Source of the DNA: Acidobacteriota bacterium
Lineage (GTDB): Bacteria; Acidobacteriota; UBA6911; RPQK01; JAJDTT01
NCBI GenBank assembly: GCA_965263035.1
Contig: OZ253580.1
Coordinates: 1,600,001 to 1,664,000, forward strand
Reading direction: 5' to 3'
Length of the DNA stretch: 64,000 nucleotides
Shown: in pieces, positions 50,148-60,737 of the stretch
Numbering within the stretch: the stretch's first letter is position 1
Layout of the letters: every line of letters begins with the position of its first letter
The notes under the pieces: model-generated
Told to the model about the DNA's origin: nothing
The model's input: the letters and a program-made list of their open reading frames with translations, nothing else
The model's database searches: none
Made by a program: the position numbers and the translations under genes

Positions 50148-50624
50148 GGCATCACCTCCTCGGAGTTCCCCCACGACCCGTCGGTGACGCTCACGGTTAC
50201 CAACGAATCATGGATCGCTTGTCCTCCTCAGGGTTCGGGCAACCGCGAAGGAAAACAGTGACTCGATATCAAGATATGTGATTTTTTCGTCGGAATGAGC
50301 TCAGCGAAGCCGGCAAGGGTTGAGGATTACAGAACGCAGGGTTGCGTGGGAAGGAAAGTCACCACATCGGTGAATTGCAGTGAACCGATTTGGCCCGGCC
50401 AGGACAGGATAGCGTGGTGGCCCGACGACAGGCCATCCAGGTCAGTGAAGAGGGTCTGAACCAAACCCACTGCCCGGCCGGTCGGGCTGAATAGCTCTGA
50501 CGGACTGGGGAGCGCTCAACAATATCAAGACAAGAACGCTCGAAATTCCTATGGACATGGGAGTTTTCTCCCGTGTGTCAGTTGTGAAATCCAGGGTTGG
50601 TTGCCCTGGATGGGCGGCATCGCC

Positions 50625-52721
50625 TCAGGCCAGGGGCGAGATCAACAGATTCCCGTAGCGGTCCACCTCCACCTGATAGCCCGGCTGGACCAGGGTGGTG
50701 GAATCGATCTCCTCGACGATGGCCGGACCTTCGATCCGATGGCCCGCCTTCAGCCGGGTCCGATCGTAGATGGCCGTCGGCACGAATTCTCCCTGGGACC
50801 CGAAATACACGGGCCTCTCGTCGACAGCGGTTGCGGGGGACCCGTTCGCTGGGGCGACCTCTCTCACCCGCGGCTTCTGGATGGCCCCCAGCGCGGTCAG
50901 CCGGAAGTTCACCAGCTCGATGGGCTGTTCCGGGTAACCGTGACCATAGGCCCGGTCGTGCTCGACGTGGAACCTCTCGACCACGTCCTCCAGATCGCCC
51001 GAGGTCACTTCTCCGCCCGCGCAGTCGATGGGCAGCTCGTAGGATTGCCCCGCGTACCGCATTTCGATCTGCCGCTGAAAGCTGATCTCCTCTTCCGCCA
51101 ACCCCTCGCGAATCAGACCTTCCCTGCCCTGCCCCTCCATATCGGTGAAGATGCGATTGATCTCGCCGAAGTTCGCCTGGTCTTTGGGCATGATCCGGGT
51201 GCGGGAGAACTCATGCTTGAGATCGGTGACCAGCAAACCCAGCGCGGAGGCGGTGCCCGGGCTCGGGGGCACGATGAGCAGCGGGATCTGCATCTCGGCG
51301 CAGAGGCGATTGGCGTGCAGCGGCCCGGCCCCGCCGAAGGCCACCATCACCAGGTCCCGGGGGTCGTAGCCGCGCCGAACGGTGGTGATCCGCAGGGCGT
51401 TGGTCATCTCGGCGTTGGCGATCTCCACGATCCCGTTGGCGCATTCCACCACTTCCATTGAGAGGCGCTGTGCGCACCGGCTGCGGATCCCTTCCCGGGC
51501 GTCGTCCAGGTCGAGACCCATCTCCCCGCCCAGAAAGAACTCGGGATTGAGCCGGCCCAGAACCAGATTGGCGTCGGTGATGGTGGGATCCGTCCCGCCG
51601 TGTCCATAGCAGATGGGCCCCGGATCGGCTCCCGCGCTCTGGGGCCCCACTCTCAGAATTCCTCCCGTGTCCACCCAGGCGATGCTGCCTCCTCCCGCGC
51701 CGATTTCGACCAGGTCGATGACGGGGGTCCGGATCGGGTATCCGCTGCCGCGGGACTGGCCGACTCCGGGCAAGGCCTGGGCGCCGACCTCGTACTCCTT
51801 GGTCACCTTGGGGCGCCCGTCCAGGATCAGACCCACCTTGGCCGTGGTGCCCCCCATGTCGAAGGAGATGACGTCCTTGTACCCCAGGCCGCCGGCGATG
51901 AAGTTGGAGACGATCACGCCGGCGGCCGGTCCCGACTCCACCATGTAGGCCGGCTTCTCGGCCCCGGTTTCGAAGGTCAGCACTCCGCCGCTGGACTGCA
52001 TGACCAGAAACTCGCCCGACACCCCCTGTCCCCTCAACCGCTTCTCGATCCCCCGCAGATAGCGGGTGATCACCGGCCGGACGCAGGCGTTGATGACGGT
52101 GGTGCTGGCGCGGAAGTACTCCCGGAATTCGGGGCAGACGACGGAAGAGAGAGAGATGATCAGGCTCGGGTTCCGTTCCCGCAATATTTCGCCGACCCGC
52201 AACTCGTGTGCCGGATTCAGATAGGAGTGCAGGAGGCAGACGGCCACCGAAACCACGCCTTCCCGGTCCAACTTGGCGGCGACCTCGCGCACCCGCTCCT
52301 CGTCCAGGGCCAGCAGCACGTTCCCCTCGGCATCCAATCGTTCGGGGACCTCGAAGCAGAGGTCGCGTGGAACCAGAGGCCGGGGCTTCTCGAAATGGAT
52401 GTCGTAGAGGGAAGGCCGGACCTGCCGTCCGATCTCCAGCATGTCGCGGAAGCCTCCGGTGGTGATGAAGGCGCAGCGGGGCGTCTTCCCTTCGATCAGG
52501 GCGTTGGTGGCCACCGTCGTGCCGTGCACCAGGTAGGAAATTTGCTCAGGTTCCAAGCCATCCTTCAGGATCCGGTCCACGGCGTTCACGAAACCGACCG
52601 CGGGATCGCTGGGAGTCGAGGGGACCTTGGCGGTCTGAGTTTCGCCGGTCTCCTCAGAGATCAGGACCGCGTCGGTGAAGGTGCCCCCCACGTCGACGCC
52701 CACTCGAAATCGGGCTTTCAT
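50625..52721 (-). CDS. Hydantoinase A / 5-oxoprolinase-family ATP-binding subunit
   Basis: GVDVGGTFTD, HGTTVATNA, ESGPAAG, DMGGTT, GAGGGS and AFGGAGPLHA motifs. Confidence 0.95.
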   Translation of the reverse strand: MKARFRVGVDVGGTFTDAVLISEETGETQTAKVPSTPSDPAVGFVNAVDRILKDGLEPEQISYLVHGTTVATNALIEGKTPRCAFITTGGFRDMLEIGRQVRPSLYDIHFEKPRPLVPRDLCFEVPERLDAEGNVLLALDEERVREVAAKLDREGVVSVAVCLLHSYLNPAHELRVGEILRERNPSLIISLSSVVCPEFREYFRASTTVINACVRPVITRYLRGIEKRLRGQGVSGEFLVMQSSGGVLTFETGAEKPAYMVESGPAAGVIVSNFIAGGLGYKDVISFDMGGTTAKVGLILDGRPKVTKEYEVGAQALPGVGQSRGSGYPIRTPVIDLVEIGAGGGSIAWVDTGGILRVGPQSAGADPGPICYGHGGTDPTITDANLVLGRLNPEFFLGGEMGLDLDDAREGIRSRCAQRLSMEVVECANGIVEIANAEMTNALRITTVRRGYDPRDLVMVAFGGAGPLHANRLCAEMQIPLLIVPPSPGTASALGLLVTDLKHEFSRTRIMPKDQANFGEINRIFTDMEGQGREGLIREGLAEEEISFQRQIEMRYAGQSYELPIDCAGGEVTSGDLEDVVERFHVEHDRAYGHGYPEQPIELVNFRLTALGAIQKPRVREVAPANGSPATAVDERPVYFGSQGEFVPTAIYDRTRLKAGHRIEGPAIVEEIDSTTLVQPGYQVEVDRYGNLLISPLA

Positions 52722-54478
52722 TCTTCGCTTCCTCTTGCCTTCAGCTTTTCGCGCAGTCTTGCCGTCTCGCCCAGGTCGACCGTCCAGTCTTCCGTGTCGA
52801 CGGACACCCCGTAGGCGTCGCGGGCGCGGGCCGGAGAAATCTTCTCTTCCCGCACGTCGCGCAGCACGCGCTCCGGGTCCCGTTCCCAGGGGGGCCCGTA
52901 TCCGCCGCCGCCGCAGGTCTCGATCCGGATGCGCTCACCCAGTCTCACCTGATCCGTTCCCTTGGAAGGCAGCTTTCGCGGGCTCCCGTCCAAAAACGAC
53001 AGGTAACGCGCCGGCTTGCCGTCCCCGCCCTGAAACAGGCCCCAGGGAGGGAACTTGGCCCGGTCCGCCAGGGTCGTGAACACCGGTTCGTGTCCCGTAA
53101 AGGCGTATTCCCTGCAGAGCCCCAAACCGCCCCGGAAGCGTCCGGCGCCCTCCGAGTCCGGGATCAGGCTGTAACGGGTGATCCGGACCGGATAGTTGAG
53201 CTCCGTCTCTTCGATGGGAGCGTTCTGGGTGTTCTGGATGTGCGTCTGGACGGCGTCCGGTCCGTCGGAATCGATCCGCCCTCCGTAGCCGCCGGCCAGA
53301 GTTTCCAGATAGGTGTAGTAGTCGCCGGTTCGGGGATCCTCCCCGCCGAAGCCCACGTGGCAGATCATTCCCTTGGTTCCGGCGGGCACCCGGTCCGGAA
53401 CCGCTTGGGACAGGGCTTTGAAGAGAACTTCACACAGGCGCATGGAGACCTCCCAACCGCCCACGATGGCGCCCGGGTGGCGGGCGTTGAGGACCAACCC
53501 CTTCGGAGCGATCACCTCGATCGGCTGGTAGAAGCCCTCGTTGACCGGGATGTCCGGATCCACCAGGCACTTCAGGACATAGACGCAGGCGGTGAAGGTC
53601 TGGGTGAGGTTGCTGTTCATGGGGGCCGACCGCTGCGGGTCCGTCCCCCTGAAGTCGAATCTGATTTTGCGGCCCTCCATAGTGACCTTGGCCTTCAGGT
53701 GCACGGGACGGTCCGTGATGCCGTCGTCATCGAGCCAGCCCTCCGCTTCGTAGGTCCCCTGAGGCAGTTTCTCCAGTTCCCCTTCGATTCGCCGCGCCGT
53801 GTACTCCAGCAGCCGGTCGACGTAGAAGTCGAGGGTCTCTTTTCCGTATCGATCCAGAAGCGCCGTCAGCCGCCGCATTCCCATGTTGTTGGCCGCGATC
53901 TGGGCCCGGAGGTCGCCGCCCACTTCCCGGTCGGCCCGCACGTTGGCCAGGATCATCTTCCAGAGGCCCGGATGGATCTCTCCGCGAGAGACCAGCTTCA
54001 CCACGGGGAGAATGATGCCCTCCTGGTAGATCTCCCGAAACGCTCCAATGCTGGCGGGAGCCCCGCCCCCCACGTCCACGTGGTGACAGCAGTTGCTCAC
54101 GTAGCCCACCAGCTCCCCCCGATGGAAAAAAGGAGCGATGAGAAAAATGTCGTTCAGGTGGCTACCCTGCCGGTGGGGGTCGTTGACCACCAGCATGTCC
54201 CCCGGCTCCAGATTCTCGCTGCCGTATTCCTGAACCGAGCGCGGGATCAGACGGCCGATGGTGACCAGATGCGCCGGCTGGCAGAAGGCCTGCGCCACCA
54301 TCCTGCCCTGCGCATCCACGAAGGCGCAGGAATAGTCGAGCCGAGTCTTGACGTTGGTGGAGAAGGCGGTTCGTTGAATGGAGACCGACATTTCCTCGGT
54401 CACCTCCACCAGAGCGTTTCGAATCACTTCGAAGAGAATCGGATCGACCTTGCGGTTTCCGGGTGCTACGGGTTCCAT
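52718..54478 (-). CDS. Hydantoinase B / 5-oxoprolinase-family subunit
   Basis: NDPH..GSHLND, HHVDVGG, DSEGAGRFRGG and GGGGYGPPWERDP motifs; ATGA overlap with subunit A. Confidence 0.95.
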   Translation of the reverse strand: MEPVAPGNRKVDPILFEVIRNALVEVTEEMSVSIQRTAFSTNVKTRLDYSCAFVDAQGRMVAQAFCQPAHLVTIGRLIPRSVQEYGSENLEPGDMLVVNDPHRQGSHLNDIFLIAPFFHRGELVGYVSNCCHHVDVGGGAPASIGAFREIYQEGIILPVVKLVSRGEIHPGLWKMILANVRADREVGGDLRAQIAANNMGMRRLTALLDRYGKETLDFYVDRLLEYTARRIEGELEKLPQGTYEAEGWLDDDGITDRPVHLKAKVTMEGRKIRFDFRGTDPQRSAPMNSNLTQTFTACVYVLKCLVDPDIPVNEGFYQPIEVIAPKGLVLNARHPGAIVGGWEVSMRLCEVLFKALSQAVPDRVPAGTKGMICHVGFGGEDPRTGDYYTYLETLAGGYGGRIDSDGPDAVQTHIQNTQNAPIEETELNYPVRITRYSLIPDSEGAGRFRGGLGLCREYAFTGHEPVFTTLADRAKFPPWGLFQGGDGKPARYLSFLDGSPRKLPSKGTDQVRLGERIRIETCGGGGYGPPWERDPERVLRDVREEKISPARARDAYGVSVDTEDWTVDLGETARLREKLKARGSEE

Positions 54479-54613
54479 GGATTGACCTTGTTCTCAGGAT
54501 GTGGAAGTGGACTCACCCGTCGCCGATCGATCTGCTCGGGCGGGAAAACCGCGCCCCGGCCGCAGGGGTCCGGCCCGGCGTTTCTGCGGCTGAAACACCC
54601 GTCGCGTTGAAGC

Positions 54614-56428
54614 TCATTCTGAGCCCTTGGCGGGGATGACCGGAAGCAAAATATGGGACGGATAGCCTTCGTCGTGATAGACCGTCTGGGTGGCCACCAC
54701 GATTTCCGGATCGATTCCGAGGGCGCCGCCGTTGTTCAGATTGCGGTCGAAACGGGGGAAGTTGCTGCTGGAGACTTCGATCCGAATGCTGTGGCCCGGC
54801 AGGAAGGCGTGGCCCGTCACCCCCATCTTGACGTTGAATTCGTAGACCGTGCCCGGTGTCATCAGGACCGGCGTTTCGAATGATTCCCGGAAGCGGGCCC
54901 GCAGGATTCCCTCGCACAGGTTGACGGACCGTCCATCGGGAAAGACGTCCAGCAACCGGACGGTCCAGTCGGTGTCCAACGCGGAGCTGCTGGCGTAGAC
55001 CTTCGCGTTCACCGGTCCCGTGACTTCCAGCTCTTGCTCCATCTCACTGCTGGTATAGACCAACACGTCGTCTCTCCGCTCGATGGGACGGTGATCGGCG
55101 GGAGGATGGGACCCGTCCCGGATCCCGGTCACGAGAGGCACCGGGTCTTCGGGATCGTAGACGTAGGAATCTGCGGGCTGATCCCCTTCCGGTTTCTCGA
55201 CGCCGAGAGATCCGTCTCCGAAGAGCGTGTTGGCACGGCCTTCGCTGTGGAGATAGTAGGGCGTCCACCGGGTCTCGGGCAGCGGCCACTTCTCCGCCTC
55301 CCTCCACTGGTTCCTTCCCATGACGAAGAGCTTCAGCGGCGGCTCCTCCTCGATGCCGTTCTCGATCCCCTTCAGCCAGCGGTCCATCCACCCCAGCCAG
55401 AGTTCGTAGAGGTCGATGACCGAGTCTTCGCCGAAGTCGATGATGCCGTACTTCTGCTGCGGCCGGTCGGTATGGACCCAGGGCCCCATGACGACCTTTT
55501 GAAGCCGCTTCGCCCGTTCGGTTCCTTCGGTCTGAATGCCGTCGTAGTTGGCGAAGAGGGACACGCCATGGATGTCCCACCACCCGGCGATCTGCAGGAT
55601 GGGCAGGTCCATCTTCGCGAACTTGCCGTAGTTGCCGATCTTCTTCCAGTAGTCGTCCCAACTCGAATGGCGCACCCAGTCCCGATAGAAATCGATGGGC
55701 CGGCCGGTGGCCTCCTCGTCCGCGGTCAGGATCGGCAGGTGGCGGAAGAGCTTGTCCCAGTCGTAGAAGCTGGTCGGCTGCCGGGTGACGGAACTGTTGG
55801 CCATGGCCCAGGGGAGGTTGATATGCAGCTGAAAGGCGCCCCCCGTGTAGTTCATCCCGTAGAGGTAGTAGTCGGCCGGTGCCATCTGGGGAATGATGGT
55901 CTTGAGGTGGGGAGATCCGGTGGGGGCCGCCATCCATTGGACCAGGCCCATGTAGGACATCCCGTTCATTCCCACGTTGCCGTCGGACCAGGGCTGCGTC
56001 CCGCACCAGTCGAGAGTGTCCCTTCCGTCGTCGATTTCGGGGTACCACGCGTACCACTTGCCGTCGGAGTCGTTCCGTCCGCGGCAGTCCTGAATGACGT
56101 AGACGTAACCCCGCCGGGCGAAGTACAGGGCCCTCTCCACGTACCAATTGCCACCGTTGCCGTAGGGGGTCCGCTCCAGGATGACGGGCCACTTGCCCTC
56201 CTGATCGGGCAGGTAGACGTCGGCGGACAACTCGACGCCGTCCCGCATGGGGACCCGGACGTCGATTCGTATCGCCACTTCGTGGTCGGGCTGGGACAGG
56301 TGGTCCTTCCAACTGTGACTCTCACCCGGAAGGGTTGAAATCGACGCGAATGCGAGGAGTCCGGAGACGAACACGCAACCTGTCTGAAAATGTCTTGACC
56401 GCTTGCGCGAAGCCGGTTGGGAGCTCAA
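54614..56428 (-). CDS. CocE/NonD-family serine hydrolase, secreted
   Basis: VPMRDGVELSADVY, RTPY, QDCRGR, GMSYMG nucleophile, GPWVH and SSSNFPRFDRN motifs. Confidence 0.93.
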   Translation of the reverse strand: MSSQPASRKRSRHFQTGCVFVSGLLAFASISTLPGESHSWKDHLSQPDHEVAIRIDVRVPMRDGVELSADVYLPDQEGKWPVILERTPYGNGGNWYVERALYFARRGYVYVIQDCRGRNDSDGKWYAWYPEIDDGRDTLDWCGTQPWSDGNVGMNGMSYMGLVQWMAAPTGSPHLKTIIPQMAPADYYLYGMNYTGGAFQLHINLPWAMANSSVTRQPTSFYDWDKLFRHLPILTADEEATGRPIDFYRDWVRHSSWDDYWKKIGNYGKFAKMDLPILQIAGWWDIHGVSLFANYDGIQTEGTERAKRLQKVVMGPWVHTDRPQQKYGIIDFGEDSVIDLYELWLGWMDRWLKGIENGIEEEPPLKLFVMGRNQWREAEKWPLPETRWTPYYLHSEGRANTLFGDGSLGVEKPEGDQPADSYVYDPEDPVPLVTGIRDGSHPPADHRPIERRDDVLVYTSSEMEQELEVTGPVNAKVYASSSALDTDWTVRLLDVFPDGRSVNLCEGILRARFRESFETPVLMTPGTVYEFNVKMGVTGHAFLPGHSIRIEVSSSNFPRFDRNLNNGGALGIDPEIVVATQTVYHDEGYPSHILLPVIPAKGSE

Positions 56429-56511
56429 TCGCTCCTCCCCTACGAAATAGTCGCCAGGACCAGACGAAATGCTCGCCAGAGACTAACGCCTGGGGGGTCT
56501 CCGGTCAATCG

Positions 56512-56602
56512 CAGGAGCGGCGGTTTCCAACCGCCGACAGGAGCGGCGATTTCTAATCGCCGATTCGGGGACGCAGGGGGACAAGACTGTCCCCCTTCCT
56601 AG
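56512..56602. repeat. REP cluster (two tandem REPs and one inverted)
   Basis: CAGGAGCGGCGGTTTCCAACCGCCG, CAGGAGCGGCGATTTCTAATCGCCG and GGGGGACAAGACTGTCCCCCTTCC. Confidence 0.8.
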
Positions 56603-59600
56603 TCCGACCTCCCAGTCGAACCGGTCAGGAAGCTCAACAGGTGGGACATATCCGTCACGCTGATCTCCTCTTCCAGGCCTTCCGGCATGCCGGACACGCT
56701 GGAGACGAACATGGCGCGGATGTTCTCCCGCGGAATTGCGGTTTCCGAGCCGTCTTCCCTGCGGAGCGTCACCGATACGGGAGTCTGGGAAGCGATGACC
56801 CCTTCCTGCAGAACTCCGTTGTTCAACTCCACCACGTACAGTTGGTAGTTGTCCGCGATGGCCCGGCTCGGCAGCATGATGTCCGCCAGCAATTCCTGCC
56901 GCGACCGATGCCGCACCGGCGCCAGATCGGGTCCGAACCCGGCGTCCGTGCCCTCGATCTCGTGACATGTTTCGCAGTTCTTCTCGAAGACCGCGGCGCC
57001 CTGAACCGAATCCCCCGCGACACCCAAAGCGGCCCGGTACCGCTCCAGGGCGGCGAGCCGGCGCTTGTCCAGCTTGCGCATCAGGTCATGGACCCGAGCC
57101 CGGATCGGCGGGTCCGCGTGCATCACCAGGCGCGACTTGTGCCTCTGGCTGATGGTCCAGAAAGGCACGTCTTCATTCTCGATCGCCGTCATCAGGAGCT
57201 CGACGGTCTCCGGCTTGGAGAGCAGCGTCGCGGCGGCTCCCAGGCGTACGCCCGTCGTCATCTCCCTCCATTTGGAAATCAGCAGTGTCCCCACCTCGTC
57301 GCTTTCCGTCTGCGCCATTGCCCGGACCGCGGCGACCTGGACTCCCTCCGGTTCCTGGGGATCCAGCAGTCCGGCCAACAGGTCGAACCTGGATTTTCCA
57401 TCCAGAAGCGCCAGGAGACGCACCGAATCGGCCCTCAGAGCCGGGGCCAGCGCGCGGTCCTCGATCCTGGCCAGGACTCGATCCGTACGGGACTTCCCCA
57501 CCGGGCTCAGCGGCTTCGGCGCCAGATCCAGGAGCCGTAGCGCCGCGCTTCGGAGCAGCGGTGAGGACGCCTCGGCCAACGCCAGCAGACGCCGGATCGC
57601 GAGGCCTCGAGTCCGGTCGTCTCCCGAGCCCTGCCGAATCCCCTGGGCCAGCCCCTCCAGGCTGGCCGCGCGCCACCAGTCGGAATTCGGCTTGCCCCGT
57701 TTGGAGACCCGTTCGAAGAGCCGCCGGATCGCCGCAGGATCGCCCGCCGCGCCGACGAGCGCCCCGATCTGGCGGAAGAACTCGACCCTCTGTTTCGACG
57801 CCGATTCTGAGAACTCGGACACGGCCAGTTCCAGCAGCTCGAGCGGGCGGAGTGCGGATGCGCTCAGCGCCGCGAGCTGCACCCAGGGGTCTTCCATGTC
57901 CCGCAACAGCAACTGGCGGCTCGCCCGGCGCGCTGCCGGGGAATCCAGCCAACCCAGCGTGCAGAGCAGCTGGAAGCGCACCGCCGGTTGGGCGTCCTCC
58001 GTCATCGCCAGCAGCTCCTCCACCAGACCGGGTGCCTGGTCCAATCTCGCCTCCGCCAACCGGATCCCGTTTTCCCGGATCCCGGGTTCCGGGTCCTTGA
58101 GAGCTTGCCGGATGTCGGAAGGTGCCAGGCCGCCCAGACCGTCGAGGGTCCACAGAGCATGCAGCCGGGTGTCGGCACCGGGACTTGCGTGGAATATCTC
58201 CCTGAGCCGATCGACCGCTTCCCGACTCTGGCGGTCCAACAGCATTCGCTGCGCATGAGTCCTCCACCAGGCATTGGGATGGTCCAGGGACTCCACCAGC
58301 TCCACGTCCGAAGCCCGGCTCATCGCCAGGCTCGGATTCCAGGGCACGGGATTCTCCGAGTCCGGAGTGATCCGGTAGATCCGGCCGTGCTGCTCCCCCT
58401 CGTAGAGAGCCTCAGGTCCCCGCCCCGGGTCGTGGAACTCGTCCGACATCCATTCCGGGTGCTCGATGATCCGACGGTAGTAGTCCACGACGTAAAGGGC
58501 TCCGTCCGGTCCCACGTAGACGAAGACGGGCCGGAACCAATGATCCGTGGAGGCCAGAAACTCCGTCTCATCCTGAACCCGGCTGGCTTGCAGGGTGACC
58601 CCGCCCTCCTTGAGGACGTCGCAGTGAACCAGGTTGTGGGCCGGGTCGGCCACGAAGGAGGCCTGATCGTACGGGGAGGGAAAAAGGCCGCCGGAATAGA
58701 CGGCGATTCCGCAGGCCGAAGTGAAGTTCCCGATGTCGGTCAGGATTCGATGTTTCGGGTTCAGAGTGACCGGATAGACGCGAGGCGGATGATCGGAGAC
58801 GTCTTTGGAGGTGGCGGCGGCGCGCAGCGCAGGGTTTCGGCTCAGATAGGGAGCGGCCAGGACCTGCTGGCGGATGTGCCGGACGCTGTTCAGAGTCAAC
58901 AGGCGTCCCCAGCGATCGAAACTCAAGCCGAAACCACTGCTTCCGGAAACCGCCTCCAGTTCATGCGTGTCGGGCCGAAAACGGAGATTGCCGATTCGGT
59001 TCTCCAGTTGAACGCCCTTTTCTCGGCCGGGGAACCGGATCCTGGATCCCTCGTCGCCGAACTTTTCCCGGAAAATAACGGTCCTGATGGGGGGCTCGTG
59101 AGCCAGGTAGATCCAGTTGTCCAGCCCGTAGCGCGGGTTGCTCACCGTGTGCTGCGGGTTGGTCAGGGCGAAACCGGTCAGAACGGCGGATTTGATGTCG
59201 GCCCGGTTGTCTCCGTCGCTGTCCTCCAGATACCAGACGTCCGGAGCATCGGTCACCAACACCCCATTTTTCCAACGCAGGACTCCCGTCGGCAGCGTCA
59301 GCCCGTCGGCGAAGACCGTGCTGCTGTCCGGCAGTCCGTCGCCGTCGGTGTCTTGCAGCAACTTCACGCGGCCGTTCCTTCCCGTATCGAGCGGGTAGCC
59401 GATCATTTCCACCACGTAGACGCGGCCCTGCTCGTCGATCTCCATGGCGATCGGATCTTGAATCAGGGGTTCCGCGGCGAAGACCTCGATTCGGAAGCCC
59501 GCTTCCAGGACGAAAGTCTCAAGCGCTTCTTGCGGGCCGAAAGGGGGGCCGGGCCGGGCGCATGCGGAGAGCAGCAGCGTCGTTCCCAGAAGGGCATAGA

Positions 59601-59652
59601 GCGCACGCCGCCATGTCGGCGGAGCCGGTTTCGGTACCGGTTGAATGAGCAT
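56599..59652 (-). CDS. PVC-type membrane-bound dehydrogenase / heme-c (CxxCH) lipoprotein with HEAT repeats
   Basis: Lipobox LLSAC, FAAEPLIQDP, DTDGDG, FRPV..GPDGALYVVD, CETCH, GPDL and SGMPEG. Start set at ATG 59652 to avoid the overlap given by the ORF track. Confidence 0.9.
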   Translation of the reverse strand: MLIQPVPKPAPPTWRRALYALLGTTLLLSACARPGPPFGPQEALETFVLEAGFRIEVFAAEPLIQDPIAMEIDEQGRVYVVEMIGYPLDTGRNGRVKLLQDTDGDGLPDSSTVFADGLTLPTGVLRWKNGVLVTDAPDVWYLEDSDGDNRADIKSAVLTGFALTNPQHTVSNPRYGLDNWIYLAHEPPIRTVIFREKFGDEGSRIRFPGREKGVQLENRIGNLRFRPDTHELEAVSGSSGFGLSFDRWGRLLTLNSVRHIRQQVLAAPYLSRNPALRAAATSKDVSDHPPRVYPVTLNPKHRILTDIGNFTSACGIAVYSGGLFPSPYDQASFVADPAHNLVHCDVLKEGGVTLQASRVQDETEFLASTDHWFRPVFVYVGPDGALYVVDYYRRIIEHPEWMSDEFHDPGRGPEALYEGEQHGRIYRITPDSENPVPWNPSLAMSRASDVELVESLDHPNAWWRTHAQRMLLDRQSREAVDRLREIFHASPGADTRLHALWTLDGLGGLAPSDIRQALKDPEPGIRENGIRLAEARLDQAPGLVEELLAMTEDAQPAVRFQLLCTLGWLDSPAARRASRQLLLRDMEDPWVQLAALSASALRPLELLELAVSEFSESASKQRVEFFRQIGALVGAAGDPAAIRRLFERVSKRGKPNSDWWRAASLEGLAQGIRQGSGDDRTRGLAIRRLLALAEASSPLLRSAALRLLDLAPKPLSPVGKSRTDRVLARIEDRALAPALRADSVRLLALLDGKSRFDLLAGLLDPQEPEGVQVAAVRAMAQTESDEVGTLLISKWREMTTGVRLGAAATLLSKPETVELLMTAIENEDVPFWTISQRHKSRLVMHADPPIRARVHDLMRKLDKRRLAALERYRAALGVAGDSVQGAAVFEKNCETCHEIEGTDAGFGPDLAPVRHRSRQELLADIMLPSRAIADNYQLYVVELNNGVLQEGVIASQTPVSVTLRREDGSETAIPRENIRAMFVSSVSGMPEGLEEEISVTDMSHLLSFLTGSTGRSD

Positions 59653-59705
59653 GGACCGCACTCTTTCCCGAGCCCGAAAAAGTCGATCGCCGACGCTACG
59701 AAGAG

Positions 59706-60737
59706 TCATTGTGCACGGGGAATCACGGACTGCTGACCCGCCGCCTGAAGTTTTCTTCTCATCTTGTCGAGCATGTCGTCGACCATGCCGTCGATGTCGT
59801 ACTCGGGGTTCCATCCCCATTCCCGCCGGGCGGCGCTGTCGTCGAGTGAGCGGGGCCAGGAGTCGGCGATCGCCTGGCGGAGCGGGTCGATCTCGTAGTC
59901 CATCTTGAATTCGGGGATCCTTTTCCGAATGGCGGCGGCCAGTTCCGCGGGGGTGAAGCTCATGGCGGCGACGTTGAAGTCCGCATGGTGACCGAGCTGC
60001 AAGAAATCGGCTTCCGCCAAGTCGATGATCGCCTTGACGGCATCCGGCATATACATCATCGGGAGACGGGTTTCGGGCGCGAGGAAACAGGTGTACCGCT
60101 GCTCTCGAATGGCCCCGAAAAAGATCAGGACGGCGTAGTCCGTGGTACCCGCGGTCGGCTCCTGGTCCATGCAGCTGACGATTCCCGGCAGCCGCAGGCC
60201 GCGAACGTCCAGGCCCACCTTCGTCGAGTAGTAGTTCCCCAGCAGCTCGCCGAACACCTTGGCGATTCCATAGAGGGTGTTCGGCTTCTGGATGGTGTCG
60301 TTGGGGGTGGGATCACGGGGCGTCTCCGGACCGAACGCCGCGATGGAACTGGGGGCGATGACCCTCTCCACCCCGCAGGCGTGAGCGCCCTCCAGGACAT
60401 TGTAGAGGCCATTGATGTTGACCTCGTGCCCGCGCTGCCGTTCCTGCTCCGCCAGTGCGGAGAGGATGGTGCTCAGGTGATGGATGGTGCCGATCTCGTA
60501 TTTCCGGATCGTGTCTACGATCTGGCCATAGTCGGTCACATCGACCACGGTGGTGGGACCGTTTCTGATCGTTGCATCGGGCAGCGGCGTCCTGTGGCCG
60601 GCCGCCACCACCGTCTCGCTCCCGTAACGCTCTCTCAACGCGGGAACCAGGTCCTGACCGATCTGACCGGCCGCGCCGGTGACCAATATTCGCTTCATGG
60701 GCTGGTCCCACAAGGTGCGGGAAATGACACGCGTCAT
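59706..60737 (-). CDS. NAD-dependent epimerase/SDR, L-threonine 3-dehydrogenase-like (start may be 60698)
   Basis: ILVTGAAGQIG, PSSIAAFG, YGIAK, GTTDYAV, LPMMYMPDA and RQAIADSWP motifs. Confidence 0.9.
   Translation of the reverse strand: MTRVISRTLWDQPMKRILVTGAAGQIGQDLVPALRERYGSETVVAAGHRTPLPDATIRNGPTTVVDVTDYGQIVDTIRKYEIGTIHHLSTILSALAEQERQRGHEVNINGLYNVLEGAHACGVERVIAPSSIAAFGPETPRDPTPNDTIQKPNTLYGIAKVFGELLGNYYSTKVGLDVRGLRLPGIVSCMDQEPTAGTTDYAVLIFFGAIREQRYTCFLAPETRLPMMYMPDAVKAIIDLAEADFLQLGHHADFNVAAMSFTPAELAAAIRKRIPEFKMDYEIDPLRQAIADSWPRSLDDSAARREWGWNPEYDIDGMVDDMLDKMRRKLQAAGQQSVIPRAQ

Larger units (their letters stand above)
49185..50580. repeat. Duplicated cassette, copy B
   Basis: Starts ACTAATCGACCAAGCCCGAAGATATCTTC (uninterrupted); REPIN at 49343..49426; terminal hairpin at 50556..50575. 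Confidence 0.88.
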
